A stretch of DNA of 63,149 nucleotides, counting the filler, from Octopus bimaculoides (Eukaryota): assembly GCF_001194135.2 (NCBI RefSeq). It is 3 parts of 3 records of this genome, joined end to end, with 100 filler letters (N's around TTAATTAATTAA, not from the genome) between each part and the next. Parts side by side here need not be neighbours in the genome. Positions count along the whole stretch, not along the records: positions 1 to 24,103 come from NC_068991.1; 2 more parts are not named here. One strand, written 5' to 3'. This document shows, one piece after another, positions 12,372-23,850 of this stretch. A program made the position numbers and the translations under genes. How positions within the stretch are numbered: position 1 is the first letter of the stretch; every line of letters begins with the position of its first letter. The notes under the pieces were generated by a model. It ran no database searches, had not been told where the DNA came from, and was given only the letters and a program-made list of their open reading frames with translations.

Positions 12372-12580
12372 AATAAATAAAACGAAGAACGAACACAAAA
12401 ACACACCAACACGAGGACGTGGTACATGTAAAGTATTAGCAGACGCTCAGGGAAGGAAAGAAATGTAATCTTAAGTTTCGAGGAAAGTTCTTCTTTAGAA
12501 ACAGGAGTCAGAAGAAAGTCCAATAGAAAAGGAAGACCAAGGAAAAAGAATCGCCAGCGATTCACATAAGAGTCCGATAT
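12372..12580 (-). mobile_element. Short non-tRNA repeat with decayed hammerhead motif (related to 40611 and 52270)
   Basis: Minus strand 12502-12468 reads GTTT-CTAAAGAA-GAAC-TTT-CCTC-GAAAC-TTA-AGAT, followed by CTTCCCTGAGCGTC.GCTAATAC shared with the 40611 family. Confidence 0.55.
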
Positions 12581-13044
12581 ATAAACTCCGAAAGTGTGAT
12601 GTTTAGTCGGTGTCGCCATCAGATGAAATTCAGGTTGCAGACATGGTATACTACGCTTGTTGACTAGCGACGGGAAATCATGCACATACTGGCTCTCTTG
12701 GGACGCGAGTGAAATCAGTCAAAGGGAGATAACTCAAACTCGTCCAGAAGAAAGTAATACAATGTTTGAATTAATACTTTTAACAAGTCAATATATACAA
12801 TGTCTTCTAAATTACATGTTAAACATATGAAAATAGCCTTTCAACACGGCTTTACAATTACAAGCGCCTATGTACAATTCATTTCAGTTCAATAGAAAAA
12901 AAAATCTCTTTTAAAAAAAACAAAAAAACAATAATTATCCAGGAATATAAAAAATGTTTGTGAAAGTCCTCAAACAAACTGAGAAAGTTTTTGGAAAATA
13001 TACAATTCTACCACTTCTAGTCTTTTTCACTTGGGTAGGTGATT

Positions 13045-15560
13045 TCAAAATTGAGTGTTTCCATTAACCTTAGATTCGTTGTTTTGAATATCACTCTGTT
13101 TCAAATTATGTCGAGATGTATCGCCCGCATCTTCATTTTCATGACATGAATACTGGTTGAAATAAGATTTTTTTTTTCTGTCTAAACTGACAATCTCTTT
13201 TTTACCATGCATATCCAAAGTCATAGTTTTATCTTTAATTAACAAAACTTTAAAAGGTTCGGTGTATTTATAATTCAGTGAATTATGAGTAGCATCATTA
13301 CGTACAAATACATGAGTCCAATAATTTATATCAGAAGGAACGAAACTTTTAACATTCTGTAATTTTCTCGTAAAAGAAGGAATATCAGTAAGAAATCTCT
13401 TAAGACGAGTTACATAATCATTAACATCTCCATTAAAAGAATTGGTTTCTTCAAACATTTGACCAGGTAGAGTTAATGTTGTCCCGTACAAGAGTTCAGC
13501 AGGAGAATGTTGTAAATTTTCCTTAACAGCATTTCTAACAATACCACTGGTAAAGCTTCTAACCAATTGCTAGAATCAGAATAAGTTCTTAATGAGGATT
13601 TTAACTGTCTATGAAATCTCTCTATCATGCCATTAGACTGTGGATGATAAGAAGTCGTGCGGATTCTATTAATCCCCAATAATTTACTGAATTCTGCGAA
13701 AAGGGTAGACTCAAATTGTCTACCACGGTCGGTCGTTAATTTTTATCCGGGACTCCGAATCTGGAGATCCAACTTGTAAACAAAATTTTTACTATAGTTT
13801 TTGCAGAAACATTTTTGATGGAGTAAGCTTCTGGCCATCGCAAGAAACGATCTATACATGTCAACAAATAAATGTTATTTTCACATGGAGTTAAGGGTCC
13901 AACTATATCGAAGTGGATTTGTTGGAATCTCGCATCTGGATTTGCAAATGTACCTAATGGTGATTTGATATGACGATGTACTTTAGATTTTTGACACTGC
14001 AAACATGACCTGACCCATACCAGGCCAAAGAAATCGACTTGGTATTAATTTCAATGAAGCTCCAATACCAGGATGAGATAAATTATGTAAAGTAGAAAAA
14101 ATAACTTTTCTATACTTTTCAGGCACAAATGGTCTCGAAAAACCTGCAGAAATATCCGCAACTTGATCCTTAGACATTTCTTCCAAATTTATAGTGTTTA
14201 ATGAATTTAATGCATCTACATTCATTCTAGAAAGTGCATCAGCTGCAGAATTTTCAACACACCCGGTATACCGTATATCCACAGTAAACTGTGAAATAAA
14301 ATCAAGGTGTCTAATTTCTCTAGGAGAATATTTCTCCGAGGAACTTTTTAATGCATATGTTAACGGTTTATGGTCAGTAAATAAAGTAAATGACCTACCT
14401 TCAAGAAGATGTCTGAAGTATTTAATTGACAAATAAGCTGCCAACAGTTCTCTGCCGAAAACGCTGTACTTTGTTTCAGGTGCCTTGAATTTTTTTGTGA
14501 AGGACAATGGTTGCCAGCCCCTATACCTATATTTGAAGCATTAATTACTAATGATAATTTCGCCTCAGGAACCAGATGGTTTAATAGTGTTGCATCACAC
14601 AATTTATCTTTTATGTTTTAAAAAGCTTGTAATTCTTCTTCTTTTAAAGTTATCAATTCATCTTTCTTCCTTCTATTCTTCAATAGCTCAGTTAAGGGAT
14701 ATAGGGTCTCAGTGACCTTAGGAATAAACTTTCTGTAAAAATTAACTATCCCTAAAAATTCTCTGAGCTTTCTTAAAGAATTTAGTACTGGAAATTTTTT
14801 AATAGCTTCAACTTTATCTGGCAATGGTCGAATTCCAACTTTATCAATAAGACGACCCAGAAAAGATACAGTGGGTTCACCAAAAACACACTTCGATGGA
14901 TTTATCACAATGCCATATTTCGTCAATCTCTCGAAACTTTGTTTTAAATGGTCTTCATGAGCTTCTTCTGATGGACTAGCAACGAGAATATCATCTATAT
15001 AAGCAAATACGAAAGGTAAATTTCTTGTTACTTTGTCCATAAATCTTTGAAAGGTATTTGCTGCGTTCCTCAATCCGAAAGAAGGAATTCAAATAACCCA
15101 AATGGAGTGGTAATTGCTGTTTTCGGTATATCCTTCTCTTCAACAGGAATTTGATTATATGCTCTAGCTAAATCAATTTTCGAAAAAAATAGTACAACCA
15201 CTCAAAGAAGTTGCAAAATCCATAATGTGGAGAATTGGATACTTGTCTGGTTGTGTTTTCGCATTAAGTTGACTAAAATCTCCACAAGGACGCCAGTCAA
15301 TGACATTCTTCTTCACAATAACTAACGGTGTTGACCAGCTTCTACTGGAAGGACGAATTATACCAACGTCCAACATATGACTAAACTCAGCCTTAGCAAC
15401 CTTCAATTTATCCGGAGATAGTCCTCTCGGCTTGAAAAAACCCGGTGGTCCTTGTGTGATGATGTGATGTGTTACTGAATGCACACACTTGGCATTTAGA
15501 GCGAATGGTTTCGTAATTTTAGGGTAATTCTTCAAAATCCTGCGATAACGATTTTCTAAG
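13045..15560 (-). pseudogene. pol: Ty3/Gypsy pol (RT-RNase H-integrase), frameshifted, 5'-truncated
   Basis: RT: [33 protein letters not shown]. RNase H: ASNIGIGA, YSVFGRELLA, FTDHKPL. Integrase: [55 protein letters not shown] order indicates Gypsy. Confidence 0.96.
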
Positions 15561-15611
15561 GACGCCATGAAATACAATGGACTGACTGTGGCCTAAGGGC
15601 GAAAGACTGAA

Positions 15612-15778
15612 TGTAGTGTGGCGCCAAATTCATAACAGCCGGCAATATGACGTAATGTCGTATTGCCGAGGAAATATGAGCAGTTATTTTAACCAATGGG
15701 AAAACGACAATCATATTTCCTCGGCAATACGACATTACGTCATATTGCCGGCTGTTATGAATTTGGTGTCACGCTACA
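15612..15778. mobile_element. Palindromic MITE-like element, 68-bp arms, 31-nt spacer
   Basis: Arms 15612-15679 and 15711-15778 are reverse complements with only 3 mismatches, all near the outer ends. Confidence 0.8.
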
Positions 15779-16024
15779 CCTTCAACAGATTGGCCTCAGC
15801 TGAAAACGCCTAAGGTGAGAGATGATGGTGTTAAACCTGGCTACGGATTTAGTCTAACATCCAAAGATGCCATGGTTGTATTGGAACTCGGACTATAATG
15901 AGCCCGAACCAGTACTTCGGGGTATCAGATCCGATCCTCTAACAACTCTGCCAATGAGCATTCGTACATAGACACGTACTTACACATACGCACACATGTC
16001 TACACCCACCTATATATATTTAAA

Positions 16025-16090
<66 letters not shown>

Positions 16091-16548
16091 TATACTATTT
16101 TCTGTATGTTAATACGGATATGTGTATTGTATGTGGAGGGGTAAGAGAGACGGAACGCGAGAAATATTTGGAATAAAATTTCGATTTGCGTGTAATTAGT
16201 TTTTATGAAACTTTCTTGTAAGGCAAACTTTTTAAAAATCAAAACAAAAATGACTTTTACTTTTCTTAGTAATCAATGGTTTAAAAATGACTTCCGAGTT
16301 TCAATAGTTTATGAGACACTGCAACAAATATTTAAGCAATCAATCAAATAAGCAAGTAATTTCGATTTACGTATTACCTTTAGCTCACCGACCGTTTGAC
16401 GTGTTGTATAGAGTTAGAACAGATAGAAATTATTTTTTTGTGTAGATTTTTTTATTAGTGAAATATTGCGTAACAGAAGAAAATAGTTTTATTTACATGT
16501 GTGTTTGTGTGTATGCGTGTGTGCATGTATGTGTGTGTGCACGCGTGT

Positions 16549-16599
<51 letters not shown>

Positions 16600-16869
16600 T
16601 GTGTTGGTGTGCGTGCGTTTTTTATACGTTAGACAAACAAGATTAAATATCAGAACACAGTTTTTATTTTATCGTCTTTTCATGGACTATACTCAAAACA
16701 AAGTTGATGTACGGACAGAGTTTATTTCGGATATGTAATTTTTGCTTACATTACACATAGTACCCAAATTCGAACTACGTAACTTTAAAGGTTTCTGATA
16801 CAACAAAACAGTCTAGCTAGCAGTAGTAATGAATGATGGATAATAACCGAAAGCGTACTTTCGCTAATA

Positions 16870-17196
16870 CAACTGAGCGAAATGGGGTTCCTCTGAATGA
16901 TGTCTGGTGTGAGGTTACTCGATAGGCTGTGTAGCTTAGAGAACAGAGAATTTCTCCAGCAAGAACGGCTACTTCTTCGCATTGAAAAGTCGCAGCTCCA
17001 GTACTACAGGCTTGTGATCAGAATGTGACAGGAAAAAATTGCTAGATAGATTCTTCCAACCGCCAGGGGACTTTCGGTTAGACTAAGAAAAAGATATTTG
17101 AATAATATTTATAGTTTCAGCTTGGCACGCTTGGAAATCCAGTCGGAGAATCTAATGACGGTTGCTTCTGATAGGACATTATGCAGGAGGTTCTAA
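16870..17196 (+). mobile_element. RTE-clade LINE 3' end (second lineage)
   Basis: EMGFL*MMSGVRLLDRLCSLENREFLQQERLLLRIEKSQLQYYRLVIRM*QEKIAR...RLEI....TVASDR matches the RTE EMGFLRR..G....DR.RS..IR......LLLRIERSQLRW.GHV.RM pattern. Confidence 0.8.
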
Positions 17197-17479
17197 GGAT
17201 TCTATTCATTCGACCATCGCAGAAATAGCAGGAGTAGAAACTGAATAGATGAGGAAATGGATGGATTTCACTCTCCATTTCTTAAGTGTTCATAATCAAA
17301 GTGATATATCAATGTACATTCTGATCTAACTTCAGAAAACAACAGAGCAATAATAGAAGGAGGTTTATACTTTCCACCACCAAGCAGAAAGGATGACTAA
17401 AGAAAATGAATACCATCGTGAAGCAAAATTTGTTCTACAAGAATTTTCCACTTACGATATGATGCTCATCAAATCAAAT

Positions 17480-17696
17480 ATTGGTTTCTAATCTTGGCAC
17501 AAGGCCAGCAATTCTAGAGGAGGGCTTAGTCGATTATGTCAATCTCAATTTTTAGCAGGTATTACTTTTTATCGATCTGGAAAGGATGAAAAGCAAAGTC
17601 GAACCCAGCGTTATTTCAACTCAGAACGTAAAGACGGACGAAAAGTCGTTAAGCACTTTCCCCGGCATGTTAGTAATTCTGCTAGCTCGCCGCCAT
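17480..17696 (-). mobile_element. tRNA-SINE family B
   Basis: Reverse complement is colinear with 37611-37827. Confidence 0.8.
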
Positions 17697-17834
17697 CGTC
17701 ACATTAAATATTAAACCAAAACCAATTTACATGATTAGTATACTTGATATATATATATACATGTGTGTTTGTTTGTTTGTGTGTGTGTGTGTGTGTGTGT
17801 GCGTGTGCGTGAAAACAAATATATATGTATGTAT

Positions 17835-17991
17835 AGACAGATAAATAAATAGATAGATAGAGAGAGAGAGACAGAGAGAGAGAGACAGAGAGAGAGACAG
17901 AGACAGAGAGAGAGAGAGAGACAGAGAGAGACAGAGAGAGAGAGACAGAGAGAGAGAGACAGAGAGAGAGAGAGACAGAGAGAGAGAGACA

Positions 17992-18064
<73 letters not shown>
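17835..18064. repeat. (GATA)n, (GA)n and GAGACA compound microsatellite
   Basis: Direct reading. Confidence 0.95.
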
Positions 18065-18066
<2 letters not shown>

Positions 18067-18650
18067 GAAGCAGGAATTAGGTATTCCTGTATTTCATCTG
18101 CCATGTATACTATTTCTGTGTTCGATAATTGGTGATGTCATCTACGTGCAATTTAATCATACCGCAAACGACTTTAAAAAAGTTGCGAACCTAGTGGCGG
18201 GTCTATAAATATATATATATGTATATGTCTGTGTTTGTGTGTGTATCTGTCTGTGTATGTGTGTGTGTCTGTATGTATGCGTCAGTGTGTGAGAGTGGGA
18301 GTGCATGTGTGTGTGTGCGTGTGTGTGNNNNNNNNNNNNNNNNNNNNNNNNNNNNNNNNNNNNNNNNNNNNNNNNNNNNNNNNNNNNNNNNNNNNNNNNN
18401 NNNNNNNNNNNNNNNNNNNNNNNNNNNNNNNNNNNNNNNNNNNNNNNNNNNNNNNNNNNNNNNNNNNNNNNNNNNNNNNNNNNNNNNNNNNNNNNNNNNN
18501 NNNNNNNNNNNNNNNNNNNNNNNNNNNNNNNNNNNNNNNNNNNNNNNNNNNNNNNNNNNNNNNNNNNNNNNNNNNNNNNNNNNNNNNNNNNNNNNNNNNN
18601 NNNNNNNNNNNNNNNNNNNNNNNNNNNNNNNNNNNNNNNNNNNNNNNNNN

Positions 18651-18717
<67 letters not shown>

Positions 18718-18947
18718 TAAAAATGATAGTTCTAAAATCTCTAAGACATCAATGCAGTAGTTTTACTAACAAGTAATGTTCGTAGCCACTTCAACATGGC
18801 TGTCTGTTCGAACGGAGTTTACTGCGATTTTTAACCCCAAGAGGTCATCTCCTCTAGCTGGTTAACGATGCATAGCTGCATTCCATATATTGCATCTGAT
18901 ATATTGTTAGTAGGGAAGCGAACCCCTATCACCTTCTAACGACGAGA

Positions 18948-19007
18948 CCAGCAGACCAGTCGGATTTCGGGCTGTTTCGGGCTATTTCTGCCTCTGTTCA
19001 GTACTGG
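18948..19007 (-). ncRNA. Type I hammerhead motif, copy 1 (with a 10-nt duplication)
   Basis: CCAGTA-CTGAACAGA-GGC-AGAAATA-GCC-CGAAAC...CTG-GTC-TGCTGG. Confidence 0.6.
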
Positions 19008-19125
19008 ACACCTCGTCTGCTCACAATATATATAACTTGAAGCGACACAAAATCAGCAACTGTGTGTTAAATTATATATATTGCGAACAGAAGCGAGATA
19101 CTGCCAGCTCTAGCAGACGAAGTGT

Positions 19126-19174
19126 CTAGTACTCAAGAGAGGCAAAAATAGCCGAAACCAGACTGGTCAGTTGG
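19126..19174 (+). ncRNA. Type I hammerhead motif, copy 2
   Basis: CTAGTA-CTCAAGAGA-GGC-AAAAATA-GCC-GAAA-CCAG-A-CTG-GTC-AGTTGG; stem III is ACCAG-A-CTGGT; G5 is mutated to C. Confidence 0.6.
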
Positions 19175-19485
19175 TCCCGTCGTTAGAAAGTGTTATGGGT
19201 TCGATCTTCTGCTAGTAATACATGGGATGCAGGTATGCATCGAACCAGCTAGAGGACGTCTTCTTGAGGTTAAAAAATTGCAGTAAAGTCCGTTCGAACA
19301 GACAGCCATGTTGAAGTGGCTACGAACATTACTTGTTAGTATAACTACTGCATTGATCTCTTAGAGAGATTTTAGAACTGGCATTTTTATTTGTTGCAAA
19401 ATCAGCGACTGTCACTTGAAATAATATATATATATATATATTACGAGCAGTAGTGAGCTACTGCCAGTTCTACGGGACGAGGTGT

Positions 19486-19535
19486 CCAGTACTGAACAGA
19501 GGCAGAAATAGCCCAAAACCAGACAGGTCTGCTGG
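19486..19535 (+). ncRNA. Type I hammerhead motif, copy 3
   Basis: CCAGTA-CTGAACAGA-GGC-AGAAATA-GCC-CAAAA-CCAG-A-CAG-GTC-TGCTGG; stem I CCAGTA/TGCTGG gives 6 bp. Confidence 0.6.
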
Positions 19536-20513
19536 TCCCGTCGCTAGAAGGTGGCCGGAGTTCGCTCTCCTCCTCGCAATAATTCGGATGCAGCTGTGCA
19601 TAGTTAACCAGCTAGAGGAGATGTTCTCTTGGGGTTAAAAATTCGCAGTAAAGTCCGTACGAACGGAAAGCCATGTTGAAGTGGCTAAGAACATTATTTG
19701 TGTGTGTGTGTGTGTGTATCACGTACCAAGAATTTTGAAACTTCGAGAGAGCTTGAAATAATATAATGTAATAGTCAAAGGATAATATATATATATATTA
19801 TATTGTATCCTTTATAGTAACAATAAAATATACTTTATTGTTATATAATTTATTATATAACATTTTATTATATTATCAATATATACTCACACACATAGTC
19901 AAACACACTCAAGCAAACATATGTATATCTATACGCCCACGCACACGCATTACAGAAGTATAGGTTCATCTGGGCTGTGTTGTTTATTACAAGTTATAAT
20001 CGTTGTTGGTGTAGGTAGTTGAAAACTCACCATGATCGTCACACATTTTTAGTAATATATGCGCGTTCTTTATTTCAACAACTTAATGTTAGTTAATAGC
20101 ATAAATATATCCTCCATAGATATAAAACATCAGAGACTTTCTGCGAAGGTAATTTTACTTGCCCTATATTTTTACTGTCTACGTAAAAATATAATTCTTA
20201 GAGAAAGTATGTGACATGAAAAAAATGGAATATTTTTTTTCTAAATCATTGGTAGTTTCTTAAGAAAGAAGTTTACCACTTTTAGTGCGACAGGTCATGA
20301 AATTTCTTTCTTTCAAAATGGCTGTCCACTCTAATCTGTGATTCTAATATTTTGTCAAGTCTTCGTAGCGTCATAAATCATTGTGTTTGTCAAAGTTGAA
20401 GGCGTATACACACTCATCAAAAAGATACACACCTATAGATATAGTAGAAGTGTTTGTGTTTATTTCACTTGTGTGTATGTATGTGCATATATACACACAC
20501 ACCCACTCACACA

Positions 20514-20557
<44 letters not shown>

Positions 20558-21279
20558 NNNNNNNNNNNNNNNNNNNNNNNNNNNNNNNNNNNNNNNNNNN
20601 NNNNNNNNNNNNNNNNNNNNNNNNNNNNNNNNNNNNNNNNNNNNNNNNNNNNNNNNNNNNNNNNNNNNNNNNNNNNNNNNNNNNNNNNNNNNNNNNNNNN
20701 NNNNNNNNNNNNNNNNNNNNNNNNNNNNNNNNNNNNNNNNNNNNNNNNNNNNNNNNNNNNNNNNNNNNNNNNNNNNNNNNNNNNNNNNNNNNNNNNNNNN
20801 NNNNNNNNNNNNNNNNNNNNNNNNNNNNNNNNNNNNNNNNNNNNNNNNNNNNNNNNNNNNNNNNNNNNNNNNNNNNNNNNNNNNNNNNNNNNNNNNNNNN
20901 NNNNNNNNNNNNNNNNNNNNNNNNNNNNNNNNNNNNNNNNNNNNNNNNNNNNNNNNNNNNNNNNNNNNNNNNNNNNNNNNNNNNNNNNNNNNNNNNNNNN
21001 NNNNNNNNNNNNNNNNNNNNNNNNNNNNNNNNNNNNNNNNNNNNNNNNNNNNNNNNNNNNNNNNNNNNNNNNNNNNNNNNNNNNNNNNNNNNNNNNNNNN
21101 NNNNNNNNNNNNNNNNNNNNNNNNNNNNNNNNNNNNNNNNNNNNNNNNNNNNNNNNNNNNNNNNNNNNNNNNNNNNNNNNNNNNNNNNNNNNNNNNNNNN
21201 NNNNNNNNNNNNNNNNNNNNNNNNNNNNNNNNNNNNNTATATATATATATATATATTTGCTGTCAGCCTTCGCAACTAT

Positions 21280-21620
21280 GAATCTTCGAGGTTTTGTCTT
21301 GACTTGATAAGTTTGCTCCTTACTGGTCAGTTTTTCGATGGGGTTTGCCTTGTATTATGATCAATTCCTTTCCACTTAATGTTCCTTTATGCAGTATCTT
21401 TGAATCTCAGTTAGTTCTTCCCTGGTTTCTTTTTCCCTTGTATAGTTTGGAGTAAAGAATCTGTCCGGAGAGTTTTTTTATTGTCTATCCATTTCCGTAG
21501 TTTGTGTTTGTAATTCTGTAATATTTTCTTGGCTTTTTTTTTTCTTTGTCTTTGTTGCCATACACATTCACTTACTTCCTCCCAAGATATTTAATGCTCT
21601 TAGCTTAGATTTCTGGGGCC
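21280..21620 (-). mobile_element. RTE-clade LINE 3' remnant (third copy or lineage)
   Basis: QILYSKLYKGKRNQGRT/LRFKDTA*RNIKWKGIDHN matches the KQILYSEL..GKR..GRP.LRFKD RTE motif. Confidence 0.75.
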
Positions 21621-22013
21621 AGCCAGATTTGAACAGTCTTAAGTGTAACCGTCCGAAACTGTAAGGATAATTTGGCAACTTCACTGATGAGAGGAGGCTG
21701 CGAATGACTCGTCCTTGTTTTTTCCTCTCCGTCTTTTTATTGCTTTTCATGTCTGTCTTTGTATCATCTATCTGTCCGGATGTTTTATTGTCGTCTGTTG
21801 CGTACTTGCTCCATTTTGGGGGGATTTATTAGGTCATTCCATAAGTTCTGTCGGATTTTACCTTTTTTTTAAATTGAATGAAATTTAATAGTATTTTAGA
21901 ATGTCCAGTTGAATTTAAAATTATTTTCATGCATTAGTGTACATTTAAAATAATTAAATATTATTTTGCATAATAACAGAATTCAAATTTCCTTGATTAA
22001 AACCCTTTCTAAT

Positions 22014-22445
22014 ATGGAAGTATCCAAAGAGCATTTGAGGCACATAATACTTTATGAGTACAAAAAATGAAACTCTGCAGCCGAAGCGACTCGAAACATG
22101 CACTCGGTTTATGGGAAAGAATGCTTGAATGAAAGAACTTGCAGAAGATGGTTTGCAAAATTCAGAAGTGGAGATTTTAGCCTTGAAGATGTGTGTATGT
22201 GTGTGCGTGTCTCTCTCTCTCCCACTACATATATATATATATATACGACGTCCAGTTGAGTTTGATGATAAGCTCCTTGAGGCATTACTTGAAGAAAATC
22301 CTGCATTATCAGTTGAAGAAATGGCAATAAAGCTTAGTTCAAAACTATACAACTGTTCATCGTCATCTTCAACAACCTGGAAAGGTTGCTAAACTTGGAA
22401 AATGGGTGCCTCATGTATTGTCCGAAAGCAACCGCAAATCCCGAG
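22014..22445 (+). mobile_element. Mariner transposase N-terminal half
   Basis: MEVSKEHLRHIILYEYKK*NSAAEATRNMHSVYG..CLNERTCRRWFAKFRSGDFSLED..RRPVEFD...LGKWVPHVL; interrupted by a microsatellite. Confidence 0.9.
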
Positions 22446-22615
22446 TTTATGAGGAATGAATTGACAGAATTTGCTGACTTTTCCGATGACACGCAGATGT
22501 CGATAAATGTTTGAATGATCAAACCCAAGCTTCTCTGTTACTTCCTCGACAGTTACGATAGGATTTTGTTCCACCAGGGGTTGCAGGACGTCTCTGTCGA
22601 GCTCTACAGATCTTT
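22440..22615 (-). mobile_element. Second mariner HTH fragment, opposite strand
   Basis: RSVELDRDVLQPLVEQNPIVTVEEVTEKLGFDHSNIYRHLRVIGKVSKFCQFIPHKL. Confidence 0.8.
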
Positions 22616-22666
22616 CATATATATATATATAAATATATATATATATGTATATATTAATACATTATT

Positions 22667-22921
22667 GAGATTTTGCAACTAGCTACTTTGCTTGTTCCAA
22701 ATCTGTGACCGATAGTCGCTTTGTTTGCTATATATTGCTTGCTGGAGCGAACTCTGGCCATCTTTCTGGAGACCAGATGTTTGCGATTGAAGATGAACAA
22801 GTTACCTCTGAACCGAATCAGTCTTGCGACACTGTTGTCTGCTGGAGGATGGTATGGGTTCTCTCCCCTGCTGGCAATATATATGTGCAGGCTGCAGGCT
22901 GCACCTATAACCAGTTGGCTA
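22667..22921 (+). mobile_element. Diverged copy of the 18.7-19.7 kb repeat
   Basis: GAGATTTTGCAACTAGC, TTGTTCCAAATCTGTGAC, TATATATTGC, TTGAAGA and GGTATGGGTTC..CCCCTGCTGGCAATATAT align in order with copies 2-3. Confidence 0.6.
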
Positions 22922-23001
22922 NNNNNNNNNNNNGGGGGGGGGGGGGTAAACTAGTAGTAACATTGAACAACCATATTGATATGACAATTAAATTTACCTG
23001 T

Positions 23002-23032
<31 letters not shown>

Positions 23033-23850
23033 TAAGAAGAAGAAGGCAGTCAGAATTTTGGGTAATTCTTTATTATCGCTTTCGTTCGTTCAACTGAACT
23101 CTTCAAGATGTATATATAATACATATTTAATATTTTGTATTTATATATTATTTATATGTGTATGTATATATTTACCTAACCGGACAGATGACCGATGGTT
23201 ATTTAGCGAATGCGCATTTCACTGGTGGTCATTACACCATCGGACAGTTACATTTATCTCAATGGGCAAATTGATTCCCGATATTTAATTTTTTCATCAG
23301 TTATCTACAGTCGTTTTCAAATACCGTCTTGTTCTAATTGTGGATGGAAAGGTGATACATGTATATATATTTAACAAGTAATAAAATATTGAATAATCTT
23401 TCAATATTATTTTCTATATCTCATATTTAAAACATAATGCAACTAATGAAAACAAATCAAAGCATGAAGGGAAATAATCATTTTTAATAATAATACCCTG
23501 ACTTTTGTCAAGTTAATTAAAATTATTCACTTGTTCGAATGTGCAGTTACGACTTGTAACATGACAATACGAAATTCTGGTTTGGGTGTAAACAACGATA
23601 AATAGAGTTTACTTTGTATCGGTTGGCAAAATATACAAAAGTTTACACTAGGAAATTACTTCTGAAATAATTACAATATCAATGGGTGCATGCAGAAAGG
23701 TGAAAATCGAAACAATATTAAACTATTTATTCTTAAAACGTACCGGCAGATTCTGACTGATATTGTATTTCATTAACGGCGAACATATCCCTCTTTAGAT
23801 GATATGTGTTGATAACACATGCAATTCCTTGATGTGAAGGAGCCTTGAGA

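Larger units (their letters stand above)
18716..19700. mobile_element. Three copies of a ~360-nt hammerhead-containing repeat (one inverted, two tandem); candidate retrozyme or PLE pLTR array
   Basis: Copy 1 is minus (18716-19048); copies 2 (~19049-19397) and 3 (~19398-19700) are plus. All align by eye along their length. Confidence 0.75.

Noticed and set aside
9564-15560. gag stub and pol as one Gypsy element
   Set aside because: On the minus strand pol lies upstream of the LTR-PBS-gag, which is the wrong order, with 2.7 kb of unrelated repeats between them.
21685-21715. CTGATGAG...CGAAT hammerhead-like string
   Set aside because: It has GAAT instead of GAAA, no stem III or NUH and no stem I; likely chance.
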